Shown: positions 13,801 to 28,274 of the stretch, one piece after another
Numbering within the stretch: position 1 is the stretch's first letter
Layout of the letters: every line of letters starts with the position of its first letter
Assembly: GCA_040954595.2 (NCBI GenBank)
Contig: CM082585.2
Coordinates: forward strand, 7,589,808-7,653,807
Source: Balanoglossus misakiensis
Taxonomy: Eukaryota > Animalia > Hemichordata
Length of the DNA: 64,000 nt
Direction: 5' to 3'
Made by a program: the position numbers and the translations under genes
Notes under the pieces: model-generated
Told to the model about the DNA's origin: nothing
The model's input: only the letters and a program-made list of their open reading frames with translations
Databases searched by the model: none

Positions 13801-16228
13801 TGTACGTGGGCAAATGTAAGAGAAGCATGTTCAGGTTTGACAAGACAATTCTCTTTGTTTCTCTCTTGTCCAGATGCCACTTACCTATGTTGTACATTGG
13901 ACTGGAGTACGGTCTCACCAACAATCCTAAGTTGGCTGAGAAATTCTTCAAACAGGCGTTGAGTATCGCACCAGAGGATCCATTCGTACTCCATGAAATG
14001 GGCGTGGTCGCCTACCACAACAACGAGTAAGTGTGACCCAAGAACAACAGCAATAGCCCTTTCACCCCCAGTGACCACTTTAGAGGTCCAACCTTACCAT
14101 AGAAGACAGTGGGTTTGGACTGAACCATGGTGGTGACAATGTAATACTGGTTCTTGTAGTATCAAATTTTCACCAGACTCTGAGTCAAGTCTAAGTGGGA
14201 AATATTTCAATGGAATGATTTAGTGAAACCTGTAATATTTATGTGCATTTTTATTGTTTTGTTATTTCCGTTCCTGTTGCGGCAGTTGGAACACGGCGTT
14301 CAAATACTTCAGTGATGCTCTGCGGATAGTGCAGATCATTGGAACCGAGATCATGACGGAAAAATGGGAGCCACTCCTGAACAACCTCGGGCATGTGTGC
14401 CGGAAAATGGGGTAAGGAAGCGGAGGAGAAAAGTTTGCTTGATTTTTGAAGTGTGTAGAGTTCACGTCTTTGTACAATGCAATGTCATGATGGCGAAGCA
14501 GTAATTTGTGATTTCTTTTATGGTGTCCACCCATTTAGTATTTATCTCTCCCAAAATTGCTCATGCTGTTTCTTCAGATCTTCTGCATAAATCATCTCGA
14601 TATTTTTTTAATCATCATTGCTTTTTTCCTTTCTGCCAGGAATTATGATGAAGCTCTAGAATATCACCAGCAAGCACTCGTCCTCTGTCCCCAGAATCCA
14701 TCGACGTATTCAGCCATCGGTTTTGTTCACAGTCTGAAGAAGAATTTCGCCCAAGCAGTGGATTACTTCCACAAGGTATGTCCTATACAACCCCTCCCCC
14801 TCCCACCCTGCATTCTACTCATGAGAATGTGCAATGATATCCCTCAGTTATTCAGCTTTTAAAGGAACAGTGTACACCTGCCTTATACCACACTGCATTG
14901 AAATTGGTCACTTCTGTGTTAAACGGTTGATGTACAACGCACACATTCAAAAATTACAAGTGAAATGCAATTATAGTTGACACCAATGAAACCTGATATA
15001 TTTCTGGTGATATTGGCCCCCCGTTCTTTGTCATCCATGGTGGGGAAATTTAATAAAATCCCTCGTGTCACGAGTCTAGTTTGGCTCCTGACAAACCCCT
15101 GTCAATGAACACACCATTTTTTAAAACACCAGTGAGCACAGTTCCACGGTTACATACTCTGGGAATAGTTGAGCAAAGCAAGGAGTCTCATTCCCACTTA
15201 CATGTCAAATTGAAGCCAAGCGTCTGTGTACAGAAACACTCCACGCATGTCATTTGCAAACAAACATGATCGCAATCAGTACCGTACTCGCATGCGGCCT
15301 GGGTTCTGCCCACACAAAATGCACAAACAAGCCCAGTACACCAAACAGCCAAAAATACTGCATATCCGAACAGCTCAGCATGTCTAGTAGAAGGACGCAA
15401 ACATTTCAATTCTCGACTTCGGCCTACGTGCGATGGAAACCATACAGGTATCATGATAGCAGTAAAATGCATGTAGCAGAGAACCTCTGAACTCTGACCT
15501 GCTTCATTAGCATACCAACTCTGAAACAAAAGCTTGCAATTTGCTCAAGAAATCGGCTGGACGGAAGATGGCTCCAATTAGGCAAATGAGGTAAATTTTC
15601 ATCTTTGAAAATGAAAACTCTTAAAATTTGTACATTTTATATTTTTGAAAGCAAAATGTCGAACGAAAATTAACATCTCTTGCGTATTGTTTTCTTCCAT
15701 TTTCAGGCCCTGGGAGTGAAGAGAGATGATACTATATCAGTCACCATGTTAGCTGATACTGTAGTTTTACACATAGACGGCATTGAACCTTGCGAAGGTA
15801 TGTGCCTGTTTTTAGGTCCCATTTGGTATATGTCTATATACCATTGAGACCTTATTGGATGGCTTGCATCTGTATGTATGTATGTGAGTTTCTGGGTACA
15901 GAGGGCCTACACAGTGCATGGTTGCTAGTGCTATGGAAAGTTCCCTTTCTGTTCACGGCCTCGTTTTAATGAAGATCGCCCTCACAGACAGAGTTACACT
16001 TTGACTTGCTATCAGTTGTTTCGTATGGGACCCATACATGCAGCTGCCAAAATTCCAGTGGCTGAGATTAGATATATATGTTTTGTCTTTTTCGTCGTAG
16101 GTGGTGACATGACTGACTTGGAAGGGAAGTTAAACATCACATCTCTGGGGACGCCCAAAGAAGACACCAGAGATGAATTTACCTCGGCACTGGACAGTAC
16201 AATCGAGGAAGTTGAAATGGAAGACTGA
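10339..16228 (+). CDS. CDC16: Cell division cycle 16 / APC6 (anaphase-promoting complex TPR subunit), ~16 coding exons
   Basis: ATG at 10339. Exons read HQYETALFWADK, SLLRGKVYEAMNNR...DVYCCEAF, AERHYYNCDF, LFYLAHKLVDMYP, YGPAWLAFGHAFAAEGEHDQA, CHLPMLYIGLEYGLTNN...APEDPFVLHEMG, KWEPLLNNLGHVCRK, ALEYHQQALVL; stop TGA at 16226-16228. Confidence 0.95.
10705..10862. repeat. (CAT)n microsatellite in CDC16 intron 1
   Basis: About 50 near-perfect CAT units. Confidence 0.97.
14057..14136 (-). mobile_element. Reverse-oriented copy of the ~90-bp mini-element in a CDC16 intron
   Basis: Reverse complement reads TCACCACCATGGTTCAGTCCAAA...CTATGGTAAGGTTGGA...GAAAGGG, matching 4342-4430 and 32695-32782. Confidence 0.6.
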
Positions 16229-19011
16229 TACAGCATCAACACAATACCTTGCACATTACCCACACACTGGCAACCACAATGTATTTATGAACTGTTTAAA
16301 GGGCCAGACAAACTCTGTAGTTACACACCTCTTAACCATTAAAAGATGACTTGGCAGTTGAATTCCTGGCAAACTGTCTTTAACCAGTTCGACAGAAAGT
16401 CATGTCTGTCAGTACATGTGATCTGGTAAAAACTACCCGAAATGTTGATAAACTCGGTAAAAATTCACAGAAAGAGTGTTGCATAGATGTATAGCTTTTC
16501 GATGTAAAATTTTACTTGACCTAAAAATTTGCGATAACTCATAAGCAGTCTTAATTTGTGACCTGACAATAAAATAAAATGTTACTGACATCAACCAGAC
16601 TGTTGTTATTGTCTGTGTATTTGAGAAGCTTAAATAATTTAGGAAGTGCATGTACTTTCATCCAGATAGGAATACATATCAACATACATGTAATATTACG
16701 TGACAGGATGCCGCATAATGCTATATCTCATACTCTGTGTTGCCTGGCAACAGTCCATGTTGCTTAGCAGCGAAGATGATGGGATGATTTCTCTTGGCGT
16801 CTATGCCGCTGTCATAATAAGCAGATAAGCTGACATTGAAAAAAAGATTCTATTTTCAAGGTCACTGTTACATTAAACCAGGATCTCTTCTTGTAACCGT
16901 AAGTAAACCCACTGTACTCCCTTGCCCATCCTCCAGATAATATGGCTGCCAGCGTTAAACCTCAATAGTGCATTCCTCGTGCCGGGGATATTTCAATATT
17001 ACCATAGCAACCACCACAATGAGACGAGGGTCTTCCCAAAATGAAGGGTTCAGATTCGAACTTCACAAAGAAAAATTTTACATTTATTGCCATTAATCAT
17101 AAAAGACACAAAATATAACAATTATGAATGAAAGTCATGAGTAAGATATGAAGGAACAACAATTTATAAAAAGATAATATCGCCATTTCCTCTGTTATTA
17201 AGTATTGAATGTAGGTATTAAATAATTTGGGTATTCCAGACCATCCCAAGACATTGTATGAGAAGAAATCACTGGTCTGGAAGAAAACTCCAAGACCAAT
17301 CGTATAACAATTTACTTAAATCAATATTTGTCAAACCTTTTAGACAACAAATGTTCGTATTTATATTACTCTAATAAATTTTCGCGCTTCAGATAAAGCT
17401 AGACCTTGATCACGTGATACGCTCCAGGCATGAAAATCTTATGTTATTATGTCATCAAAATGTCAGCCATTCGGCGTACAAAAATATACTTTTTTTACAA
17501 AATAGTTTTTTGATGTCTCTGCCCCATAAATCTTACAGGTGGTACTTAATTTCTTAATTTAACAGCGAGCGCCGCATTTCTCTATGCCTCTACAGAGTGA
17601 TGTTAAAATCTTGCATTGGTATACCTAACTTGGTTTTTACTTCATGCTAGGGGGTCAGATCGCATTACAATAATTTAATTGCGGGTAAATCGGTCGACAA
17701 GTCACTGTAGTAAGAATTTGAAGAGATGATATGTTACCTGTATTTCTCTCTCACTCTAAAACCTCTGTCTTTGTAATAAGCATAATTCGTTTTGGTGTAC
17801 AACTACTTAGTAGATTTTTTTTCAAACAGCAAGAACGTGTGCATTTCAAAGATTATACACTAATGGGTCGTTGAGGTGGATTTCCCTGCCTTGACCTGAT
17901 TCAACAAAGCCACTTAGCTTACAAATCGGCCCTGCTACTCATGCGCTGTGTGATTAGTTTAAGAAGATGAGAGTAAAGTAGATGAAATTCGAGTAACTTG
18001 GAGCTTTTTTTCTGATAAACAAGCATTATTTCGACTCGATGGCAAGATCGGGTGACTTCAAGTTCACATTTCAATGAAAATCGTGATCTAGTGCCTATGT
18101 ATTACCCTTCATCAAATTACAGTTTATCATAATAGAAAGTTATATATTCTTGAAGTGTCTGAAATTACAAAAACACACAAAATAGAACGTACTAAAACTG
18201 TTCTTACTGTAATATAAACTATCCTACACTGACAGAAAAATGTATTCGCAAGAAAAAAGACACCCTGTTTCGATTAGGATATTGCTCAAAAACCACACGA
18301 AATTATCTCGAAATTATCTCCATTACTTGACTGAGTTACATATATAAACAAGTTCCTTCATCTTTATGAAAAACAACAATCTTGAATGGTCGAAGTTTTT
18401 TAGCAATGTTAAAAATGATTAACAAACAATCAGTTATCGATTAGATATTTGTGATCATCTGGAGAACGCAGAATGTGAACCGCATTTTAAGCCCAAACGT
18501 GTAAATGTAGACTTTGGTCTGTTTAGTTCAGCACGTTAAAGATATACATGTGCAGTTCTTGGATTTCTAATACTGTTTTTGTTTTCCAATACGACATGAG
18601 ATATGCAAATGACGTTGAACTGAGTGGACATTCAACGCATCTTCTTTATTAGTAGCTCGAGATTTAATTGTTCGGTTTTGAAAACCCAGAAAATGCACAT
18701 GAATGAAGCTTCCGGTCGAAGACAGTGCTCTTCTTTTTTCATCCGAGCCATCTGTTGCGACGTCCTGCCCTATTTGACAGATTCGCGTGTACAAAGGAAA
18801 TGAATACGCCAACCGTCTTGTCTCCATATCGAATATGATTTTGCCCTGCGGGGCCATACTGGAACGCCAATCAACTGTTTTCTCGCCCAGTCAAATTCAT
18901 TTAGATTGGCGGTTCCACCTCGGGATGCGCGCCCTGTGTTCATTAAAATAAAACTAGACTCGCATCGCCGTTAATAGTGAGGTATGGATATCCGACGATC
19001 GCCACCTCCGC

Positions 19012-21705
19012 TTACTCCTTGTTAAACGACAGGGAGCTCTCGTTCGCTTCTGTCGGCGACGATTCGTCGTTGATTTTATCGAAATCGCTGAGTTCCACGC
19101 TCACCCGCGCTATCTCGTTTCTGTCTTTAGATTTTCTTCTTCTCCCGGCGGCCAAGGACGGGACCTCCAGCGAGGAATGTTTGGTGTAGTCAACCATTGT
19201 CTCTGAAATGAGAAGGGCGAAATTCTAATTAGATAGTTCAAAGGGAGTGTCGGTGCAAGTACAACACGACAAAGTGTACAGTATAACTGTCTATAGTGGT
19301 ATAACGTATTATTCTGTCTTCTGAATTATGTTCTCTTATGTCATAGATAGGTTGCTCACGTTGGTTGACTTGTGAGTTCGGTCCGCAGGGAACAGAACAA
19401 ATTCAGGATTGATATAATGATATGTCACGTGAACGACATGTCACGTGAAACAAGAGGAGACACATTTATGATAAAAGTTGGCGACTCACTCTCTCTCCCC
19501 TTCAAGGGCAGTTCTCATGTTGTGTTCTACCTCCTATCCACTACAAATAGTGCACGGTGTCTCAATAATGAAGACAGCCACATGTGGTATCAAATATCTC
19601 ATTAGGGCCCCCTTTAATATTACGACCGATCAAATCATATTACGAAATCATTTTATCTTGTTTTTCATTTCACATCCTCGCTGTTCTCAAGAAACTGCAA
19701 TTATCTTTTTTTAATATCGCCGTCGTCATGGATACACGCTCAGCTGGGGAAACTGAACAGCCTCGAGGCGATGTTTAGTCCCTGTCTACTTACCAAACGT
19801 ATAGTATCTCGGCATTGACTTTAACATACTCTAGTGACGTCACGTCCTTAAAGGGAGAGACTTAATGGAGGGGCACGTACATGAAAACGTGCATTAAGGG
19901 ATAATGGCACTCACTTCCGACATTATTATCTTATTTTCTTTTGATTCCTTATTGATGTCATTTTTCTTCGCTAAAATGCACTCAGAGGTCAGTTGTCACA
20001 GATCAACACACACACACTACATATGGGCATAACATCTGACTGCCACTATGGAACGATTTTTGGTATTTACCATAACTTGAATGATTGACACACGAGTTCT
20101 GAGAATGCTCAGCTGTGCTCTATGATCGTGCTTGGATAGCTATTGAATGGCTATTAGCAGCTATATTCTATTATCAGCCGTCTTTAGTCGTTCTTGGACG
20201 AGTGTCCGTGGTGGCTATTAGCGCCGGTTACTAGGGTATTCTCATAATGTCATTATTCCGTCTATGGACTTGAAATGACAAAACTTTATAATTATGTGTT
20301 TTTCGTGTGGATTTTCAACAGGTGTGCTTCGGGAGAGCTATACTACTCGTGTCCATTGTGTAGGCCAAGTTGGCAGATGGCGAGTTTGACATGTCGAGAG
20401 GGCTATTGCAGATAAACAATTGAATTTGAAAGCTACTGTGAAAAGAAGATAATGAGGTAAGATATGCTGGTATTATTCATCAGACTGCAAGTCCAGAACC
20501 CGAAAGACCTTTTATACATCATAATACATCTGAATGTTTGTGATACGAGTAATCATACAATGCATCCCTGGGGTACATGTAATACAAAGCATAGCTGGTC
20601 GAAACTGATTGCAGATGAAAATACCGGCAAAAAATATCTGCATTGGTGGGAAAACTCGTCTCCATGGAAACGGGCGACAGTAGGATAATGATGTGTTGAC
20701 AGCCGGAGAATACCGGGTGTTAGCTGTTCACGCGGTAATGTGTCACGTGCACAAACGATATGGTCATACATGCAGGTTTTTTTGTGGGAAGGGGGGGGGG
20801 GCGAAAAAAATGAACAAAGATGGAATGGTTATCGATCCGCGATCTGTTCGATATGACTGGCGTCCACGACATGGCGAACAAGTGTCTGCGAGACATCCTT
20901 ACATAGTATAAAGTCTCTGTGTACGCATCTGTCTGTCTGTGTGTGTCTGTCTGCCTGCCTGTCTGTCTGTCTCAAACTCAACTTAAGACCGGATTTATCA
21001 CTAATACGATTCATAATCCATGCGATTAAGCCAATACGCTTGACAGTACCACGGGTAACCTCGGGAGAGATATTATCATTTGCGCCGAGCCTGAACAATC
21101 CCTTTCCCCCGTAGTTGAGATGTGCATCACTGGATTGTTGAAATTGCTGATATTTTCCCCCTATATTTTCGCGTTTCTCAGTTATCCGTGTTCATTGCTG
21201 AACCTTTAATCAAAATAATTAACCTTTACTAAGATTGTCGTGCTGTTACCACTTATGTAATCTCTTCATTTCCCCAAGTGATGATTGAAATTACGTCATG
21301 ACAACTGAACCGAGAGAAACGCAGCGTTATCGACGACGATGCGCAATATATAATTTATGTCACTGAAGAAAGGTCGCAAAATATAAAAACATGATTACAT
21401 GCAGCATATCAAAACGGGTGAACCATCGCGTATATCATACAGGTTCGCGGTTGTTATGTCACATATCCATCTTCCGTCGCCCACCACGGTCGTGCTCTCT
21501 GAAAAAATTAAAGAGACTGCCGTCGAAGCCAACGACCCGTGCTATGCAGGCGAACGACGATGATCTTACCTGGGGGAGTCTTTTCCTTACCGTCGGGTTC
21601 GCCGCGCTCTCTCGATATCACGGACGAGCACGTGTCGAATTCGCTCTGTTCTCCGTAAGTCATCCTGGCCATGCGTATCTTGTGTGAGCTGGAGCCGCAT
21701 CCCAT
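19012..21705 (-). CDS. Small (~100 aa) uncharacterised protein with an N-terminal MGCGSS acylation motif
   Basis: ag|taataATGGGATGCGGC at 21705. Exon 21705-21591 (MGCGSSSHKIRMARMTYGEQSEF...GEPD, donor G|gtaag) splices in phase 1 to exon 19202-19012 (ETMVDYTKHSSLEVPSL...SFNKE*). Confidence 0.6.
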
Positions 21706-22141
21706 TATTACTGGCCAGAAACACGGGCGCCGGAAATAGACAGATGGGTGGAGGGGATGAAAAAAGAAATAGGTCGCCAGAATCAGTACTGCGATCTCCG
21801 TCACTTCCTTGAGCGTCAGAGGCAACGCAGTTCCAGATTCTCCGTTGTGGAGGGTAAGGGCCTACTGCTTAGAAACTGAGTTCATGATCAAAGCACCGGT
21901 TTCGCTTCTTCATCCGCCAAGGCATCACGGAAACGCTAGATTATCAGTTGATTCTCGCGAAGAAAACACTCCATGATGAACGACCACAGCCTAGGCGATG
22001 CAAGTCACTGTGAAAGTCACGGCCATTTCAAAATAGACCACCCGCTACCGAGGAGAAATGACTTTGTGTAGCGCGAAAGCGGTTCTGGATTCCACGATTG
22101 AGATTCAGGTCATCCGAGATGGAGTTGTGTTCACCACCATT

Positions 22142-22171
22142 ATCATCATCATCATCATCATCATCATCATT
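22142..22171. repeat. (CAT)n microsatellite
   Basis: About 10 ATC/CAT units. Confidence 0.9.
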
Positions 22172-24795
22172 GGTGACAAATCCACTAACACGCGGAATCA
22201 GCGTCTTCGTGGGGATCCTATCACGGCTGCGCAATGGAACACCTCTTCAGAATTCACATCCCCGGCAAATGTGGTTAAATCCGAGATCTGCTGCTGCTGC
22301 TACCGCGGAAGGTCCAACAACGATCATCCCTTCCGAAGTCGTTCGCGTTCGGCGCATCAGCCATCAACAGTTTCATCCTGCGCGGCGCTCCGATCTCTTC
22401 TCGAGCCCTGTGCGGTGATGACGTATACCGCCGACATCGATTTCAACAGCCCCTTGAGCGACCAATCGCAGAGATGAAGCTTGTACTGCATGCACGATGA
22501 ACGGCGGAAGTGGGATGTTTTATACGAATATGCATGCGCATCTGTGCAGTTTCGCTCACCTGCAAGGGATGCTTCAAACCTCCGCCATCACGAGGAATCG
22601 TCGATCGCGATCGCAAGAGATCTTTAAATGTCGCTTGAACAGACTGCAGTGTACCACACTTCAGCAGTAATCTGGGTCTCACGCACCAACGTCAGTTTCG
22701 ACTATTGATCGTTTCTGGAAAATGGAATGGATTTAGGCGCCTAATAGGTGGATGGATATTCTGTCTCTTTGCTCAGAAAGCACTGATTGCGAGGGTACTG
22801 AGCTGTTAGGCAGCGTTCACAAACACTTCTGGTGGGGATGGGAGAATTAAGGGGGGGGGCTTAAAAATCGGACACTATGACACTAAAATAAAAAAAACAG
22901 CTATGTGTATTACAATCAATATTACTGATCTAGAGAGAGGGGAGAGAGACAGGCAGACTGATACAGAGAATGTACCTGTTCTCTTTACATATTGGTATTT
23001 CCGCATTTTCCTCTAATAAATGTGCTCAAAATGTGTCCATTTTGAGGTCATTAGAAACTTATCCTAAACGCCTTACCACTGAATTACGAAAACATGATAT
23101 ACGTTATAAGTTTTTTAAAGACAAAAGTTTTCGCCAGCCCTGAATAATAATCTAGGGCTCACAGCGAAAGTTGACTTTAGAAAAATCTGGCAAGCCATGT
23201 CATTCTCACAGCTGTTTCTCTGTCTTCAATTTCCGGGCGAATCCACAGAGAGAGAGTTTGTCAATGTCACGACACATGTGCCAAAAATCGACTGGAAATA
23301 ATAGGGCAGAAATAACTTTAATGGCACCGCGATCTCAACCTTGTCATCTGGGCGATTCGGCATTTCTGTCAAAAGAACATCTTCTTTCGGAAACAGACAA
23401 ATTTGATGCTTTCAGCGCAAACTGCGCGGTTTCTCAATTTCCTCCCATGGCAACGGGCATCTGATGATCTCAAATGACGCCGATGAGAGTCGAAGTTCAA
23501 CAGAAAGGCCGGAACAGAATAATTTACAAAATTCTAGGGGGGGGGGGGTACGTAAATGGTGTTTGTCTCCGGGTTTGGTATACGTGTCTTTGATGTGGGC
23601 AGGCGCGCGTTTGGCAATGACGTCATTGCGCAGGGCGAGCGTGCTGAAAATACGCGTTTAAGCATACCCGTAACAGTTGGGTCCATTCTTGGCGATGTGC
23701 TGTTTTCCTTCCGACTTGTTGTCGCAGGCTTCACTCGAAAGTGCCCATGACACATTCAAATGCCAAAGGAACCCAGACAATGTAAGTCAACGCCCTCAAA
23801 CGAAGCCAAAAGCGAAATCCTTGTATGAGCTAAAGTTTCAATATTCTTTTAAAGCCAACGAATGTTATTAAAATTCCATATGCGTGTCTACCGGCAGATG
23901 ACCTGAACAGGAAATTATAGATGGAAAATGAACAATATTGTATAGATTGTTAAAAATCCAATTATACTCAGTGTTTTGTAGCATTAGCACTAGCAGTGGG
24001 AGAAAATCTCATCTCAGACAACAAAATCCCAGCTATCCACAACTTTAATTATATTGATTAGAATGATGTTAACATATGACAATCAGTTCTTTAATTTCCG
24101 GGCAGATATTGAAGGACGATAACAATCACATGTTTTTGCAGAATGAAAGCAGTGAATACATAGCCATATGTTGAACCCCAAAGAGGTCACACCATTTTAA
24201 TAACTTACTTTTAAACATATAAATCCATACAATACATTCAGAGAATGAAAATATTTCTGGTAATGTATTTTATAACGAAAGGTTGTAGTTTCATGTGTGT
24301 TCAGCTTATCCTACACGTTGAAGGCACAGGTGTGTGGCACAAGAAATAGTCTCCAAGAGTTTGGCCACCATAATTGCAATTCCCTAAAATCATATTCATA
24401 AAACTACTTCAAAAATACTAAGGAAAAGTAACACAGTAAATATACACTGAAGTGATTGAAGCTGTGCTTCACAAGGAAAAAAGGCTGTAACTTTTGATAA
24501 TTTTATTTTCTCAGAATTGTCCTGTATGTTGACTGTGGTACGTTGTTTTATTACAGTATTCTGTTCAGGATGAAACCGCATTCGTTGTTAGAAAACAGTC
24601 AGGATACCAAACTTCAAAAGGATAATTATATAATAAAGGACTTGATCATTGTATTTTAAATTTAATTAAGTGTTACATAATTTTGATAAAAGAGTGAGCC
24701 TCACTATGTACAAATGTAAGTGTATGAAATTAGCTTTAAATGTTTTTAGGATAACTTGTAAAACTTTCATTCACAACTGCCACTGTCCATCTTGG

Positions 24796-26597
24796 CTACC
24801 TATCGAATCTCGCCAATCTCCGACGGCGCAACTCCTCGTGATCAAGGCCAACGTGACCCAGCGGGGCCGTGTTCCCAGGATCCACAAATCCATAGCCAGG
24901 GGGTGGCGCAATGTACACATCTGGCTCCTCCGGGGGCGGTGCACTTGGTACGGCAGCAGGCAGGGCACTGGGGTGGGTGGGATAGGGAGGGTTGACCCCC
25001 TGATCATCTCTCGGGAGGTCTGGGTACAGCTGATTGTAGGATGGGGGTGACTGGGGTCGACCATCTGCAAAGAAATGAATAACAAGATGGTACTGAACCG
25101 TGCATGTATGTAAGACTTTCATATCATCTCACTGACAGTCACTTAATGATTGTGATAAATGCGCCTTCAAACAGAAACATAAAGCTGTTAAAATCAATGA
25201 TCTCCAAGATATACCTGTCTGTAAACTGTCGTTAAGAGCCTGTTGGATCTGCTCATCCTCGGTCATTCCTCCTGTATACAGTGTTTCATCAAACTGCCTA
25301 GCATTACCATTGCCATAGTATCCCATGCCGTTATCCTGTGGGTATGGGGGTTGTTGCACCGGTGCTGCTTGCCTTCGGCCCGTCGCCCCTCCTCCAAAGA
25401 AACGATTCCCCCAACCGGTCCCCCAGTTGGTACGACGTGGTCTGTATTGAGTATTGGCTCCAGGCAGACCTTCTGTTAGATAGTTACCATTATAAATTAA
25501 TGTAATACAATATAAATTAATTTATATCTGCATACATATAGAATAACGGAAAAAAAATTTGCTCAGTACATGTCAGAGTAAGGGTCAAAATAGAGCAGAT
25601 TATGTTTCCAAGAGCAACAAACTTTCTCTGATTCAGCATCAATTTTTCCTCTCCTTCCAAACAGACTTACCAGGCAACATGAAGGTGTCCATGATTCCCT
25701 TCAGAGGTCCTTTAACGTAGGCCAATCCGACGAGGATCCCGGCCAGGTGACCGGCGAATGAGGCGTTGGGTACCAAGATGGAGATCAGAAAGAGCTCTGC
25801 CCAGCATGCAACGCGGGAATGGACGGGGATGAATCCCATGAGCCACTGCGTTCCCGGCGGCATGAGGTGAGTTGTCACCACTTTGATTGCAAACAAGACA
25901 CCTGTAATTAAGTCACAATTCACAAGTTAGGGTTTTGTTCCCTGTCCTATTCAGACAAGTACATGTACACCAGTACAGTACAACCTTAACTAAACCAAAC
26001 CCTGTCTAATCTGGAATCCTGCGCCATAATTAAACAAGTGATTTGCTGATGAGAAAACGTGTAGTGGTGGTGTAAAGTGCCACTGAAAAATCACAGAATT
26101 ATGAAGTGCACTGGCACCTTACCAGAGAAACCGACAGCACAAGTATGCAGGTACGAGGCACTACCGAAAAATTCGGCTGCTAGAAAATTGAGTCCCACCA
26201 GCACAGCTCCGGTTAGCATACAGAACGCGGCTATCATGTAGGCGAAGTATTTGCTCCCGAAGCGCCTCTCCAGAGAAATTCCCTTCCAGAGGAAGGACAC
26301 CATGTTGAAATACAGGTGCATGTCGCTGGCGTGGAACCACGGGGCCAGGAAGAGCCGCGACCAATCGCCGTCGTACCAGACCGCGGCTGAGCTGATGCAC
26401 ACGTCTCGGATCCGCGGCACTTGCAGCAGACGAAGGAAGATGGCCGTGTTGGCGGCGAGCGTTGCAAGGGTCACCGGTGGGATGTTGTCGAGTCCGATCC
26501 GCATCACTTGCAGAGCCAACAGGAATATGCCAAGCCCTGCACCACCACCACCGCGGCGGCCATGTCTGTACATGCCGCCCCTCCTCCTCCCGAACAT
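24796..26597 (-). CDS. RHBDD1: Rhomboid protease RHBDD1/RHBDL4-like, 4 coding exons
   Basis: Exons 26597-26123, 25901-25671, 25472-25215, 25064-24796. Motifs: IPPVTL, HASDMHLYFNMVSFLWKG, catalytic AVGFSGV, ASFAGHLAGILVG, UIM-like TEDEQIQQALNDSL and C-terminal VCP-binding EELRRRRLARF. Confidence 0.93.
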
Positions 26598-28274
26598 GTC
26601 GTAAACAATGTCAGTAATTGTTTCGTGGAAAGTCAGATCTGACAACTTAACCACTCTGGCAACTTAATAACTGTATCTATACGATACCACCGGTGTTCCA
26701 GACCCCTTGCTTTGCGACAAACGATATCTAACAACGTTTTCAAGATCAACTGGGCCTTTACGATGCACTTCCGGGTTCTCCCGATCCTTATGGTGGGTGG
26801 TTGAGAATCTGCACTTAAGAAATACTACGCGATTCTGGCAGGTCAAACACTCTATTTGTACCTTTAGGCTTGTTTGGGACACGTCAGCTCTAACGGTATT
26901 GCCATACTCCTACCCGGGACGTTAAAATGACGAAATCCCCAATGAGTCAGCTGGCCACCATTGTAACCCTACTGCTTGTTGTGATGACGCACAGACAACA
27001 CAGTAATAGCGCATGCGTAATCGACATTTCGTGATACTTACACTTTTGAAATGGCTGTACGTACTGTAGCATAGTGTTATCATAGAAAATTCATTCTAGT
27101 ATACTATACCAATCACATATTTTCAGTGAGTGTCACACGTGAAAAAAGGGCCACCACATATGGTCATCAGAAAACGTAGACATGCCCCTTTGACCATATG
27201 TTTGCATACGAGTCGGTATGTCTATGTACTGCTTTCCTACTTTTTAGTTCGGTCAGTCTGTTTTAGAATGATCTCAATCAGATATTGGATTGACTTTGAA
27301 ATCCCGAAATCGCCATTTCAAAAATTACCACATGACAGGGCAGTGTTACATTACTTTTTTGACGAAAGTTCACAGCTGTTGGAACTATGGTGGCGCTCTA
27401 GTTTGCTCGATGGCGAATATGCTAAAATCGGATAAGTTATTCGCAGCAAACAAGTCTTGTTCCAAAAATAGGTTTTTCAAAAACAGTGTGAAGGTCAGAA
27501 CAGAATTAATTTTAAGTTTTTTTAAGCTGATGCTAAACCTTTACTGCACAGAAAACGTCAATCCTGACGCCCCTCCCTGTAAAATGACCTCACATATCCC
27601 ACTTGATTTTATGACATGTAACCATGTTTGTATTCGAAGCTATTTTGCACAAGTCATAATTATTTTGCACGTCTGAGTTCTGTCCACTATAAAAGTTTAT
27701 AGGTTAGGCCTAGATCTAATCATCGCAGTTTGATCTGCCTAATACACTCTATGTTTTTGCCTTCAACTACGTTTACAGACAACGTTAGTATTCATTCTGA
27801 CAAAATGAATGTCGCCAATGTGACTGCAAAAATGGCTGCTCGGTTTAAAAAAGGATTCACACTTCATCGCCGCATTTATGTGAGATTTTATTTGGTGTCA
27901 TTGGCACGAGACAAGTGTATACATTTGTAAATGTGACTGAATTATTCTGTGAACAAATACTGAGGATACATAAAATGCATATTTATTGTACATAAAAGTG
28001 ATAAATATAGAAAAAAATTCTGCCATCTTTTAGGCCTAATTCGTGTAAACGCTTATACATAAACATTATTTGTTCTTCATAATTAAGTTTCGTGCACAGC
28101 TGTTATGTGCTGCGAAAGTCCACGATAAAGTGCGTTCAAGGCATCAAGGTTCAAGGTTCAACGCTCTCTGTGTTTGAAGATGGTTACTGTAGTTTACATG
28201 TGTTACAATGATAGATTGTCGCCATCTTTGTGGATCCGCCGTCTGCAACAGGTAAAATCCAGCCCTCAACGATT

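Noticed and set aside
14858-15620. Possible transposon remnant in a long CDC16 intron (starts TTAAAGG; 113-aa ORF on the minus strand)
   Set aside because: No matching terminal repeat or transposase motif could be confirmed by eye.
22028-22682. CpG-rich overlapping ORFs upstream of the MGCGSS gene
   Set aside because: No recognisable motif, frames interrupted by stops, length inflated by a CAT repeat; more likely UTR or regulatory DNA.
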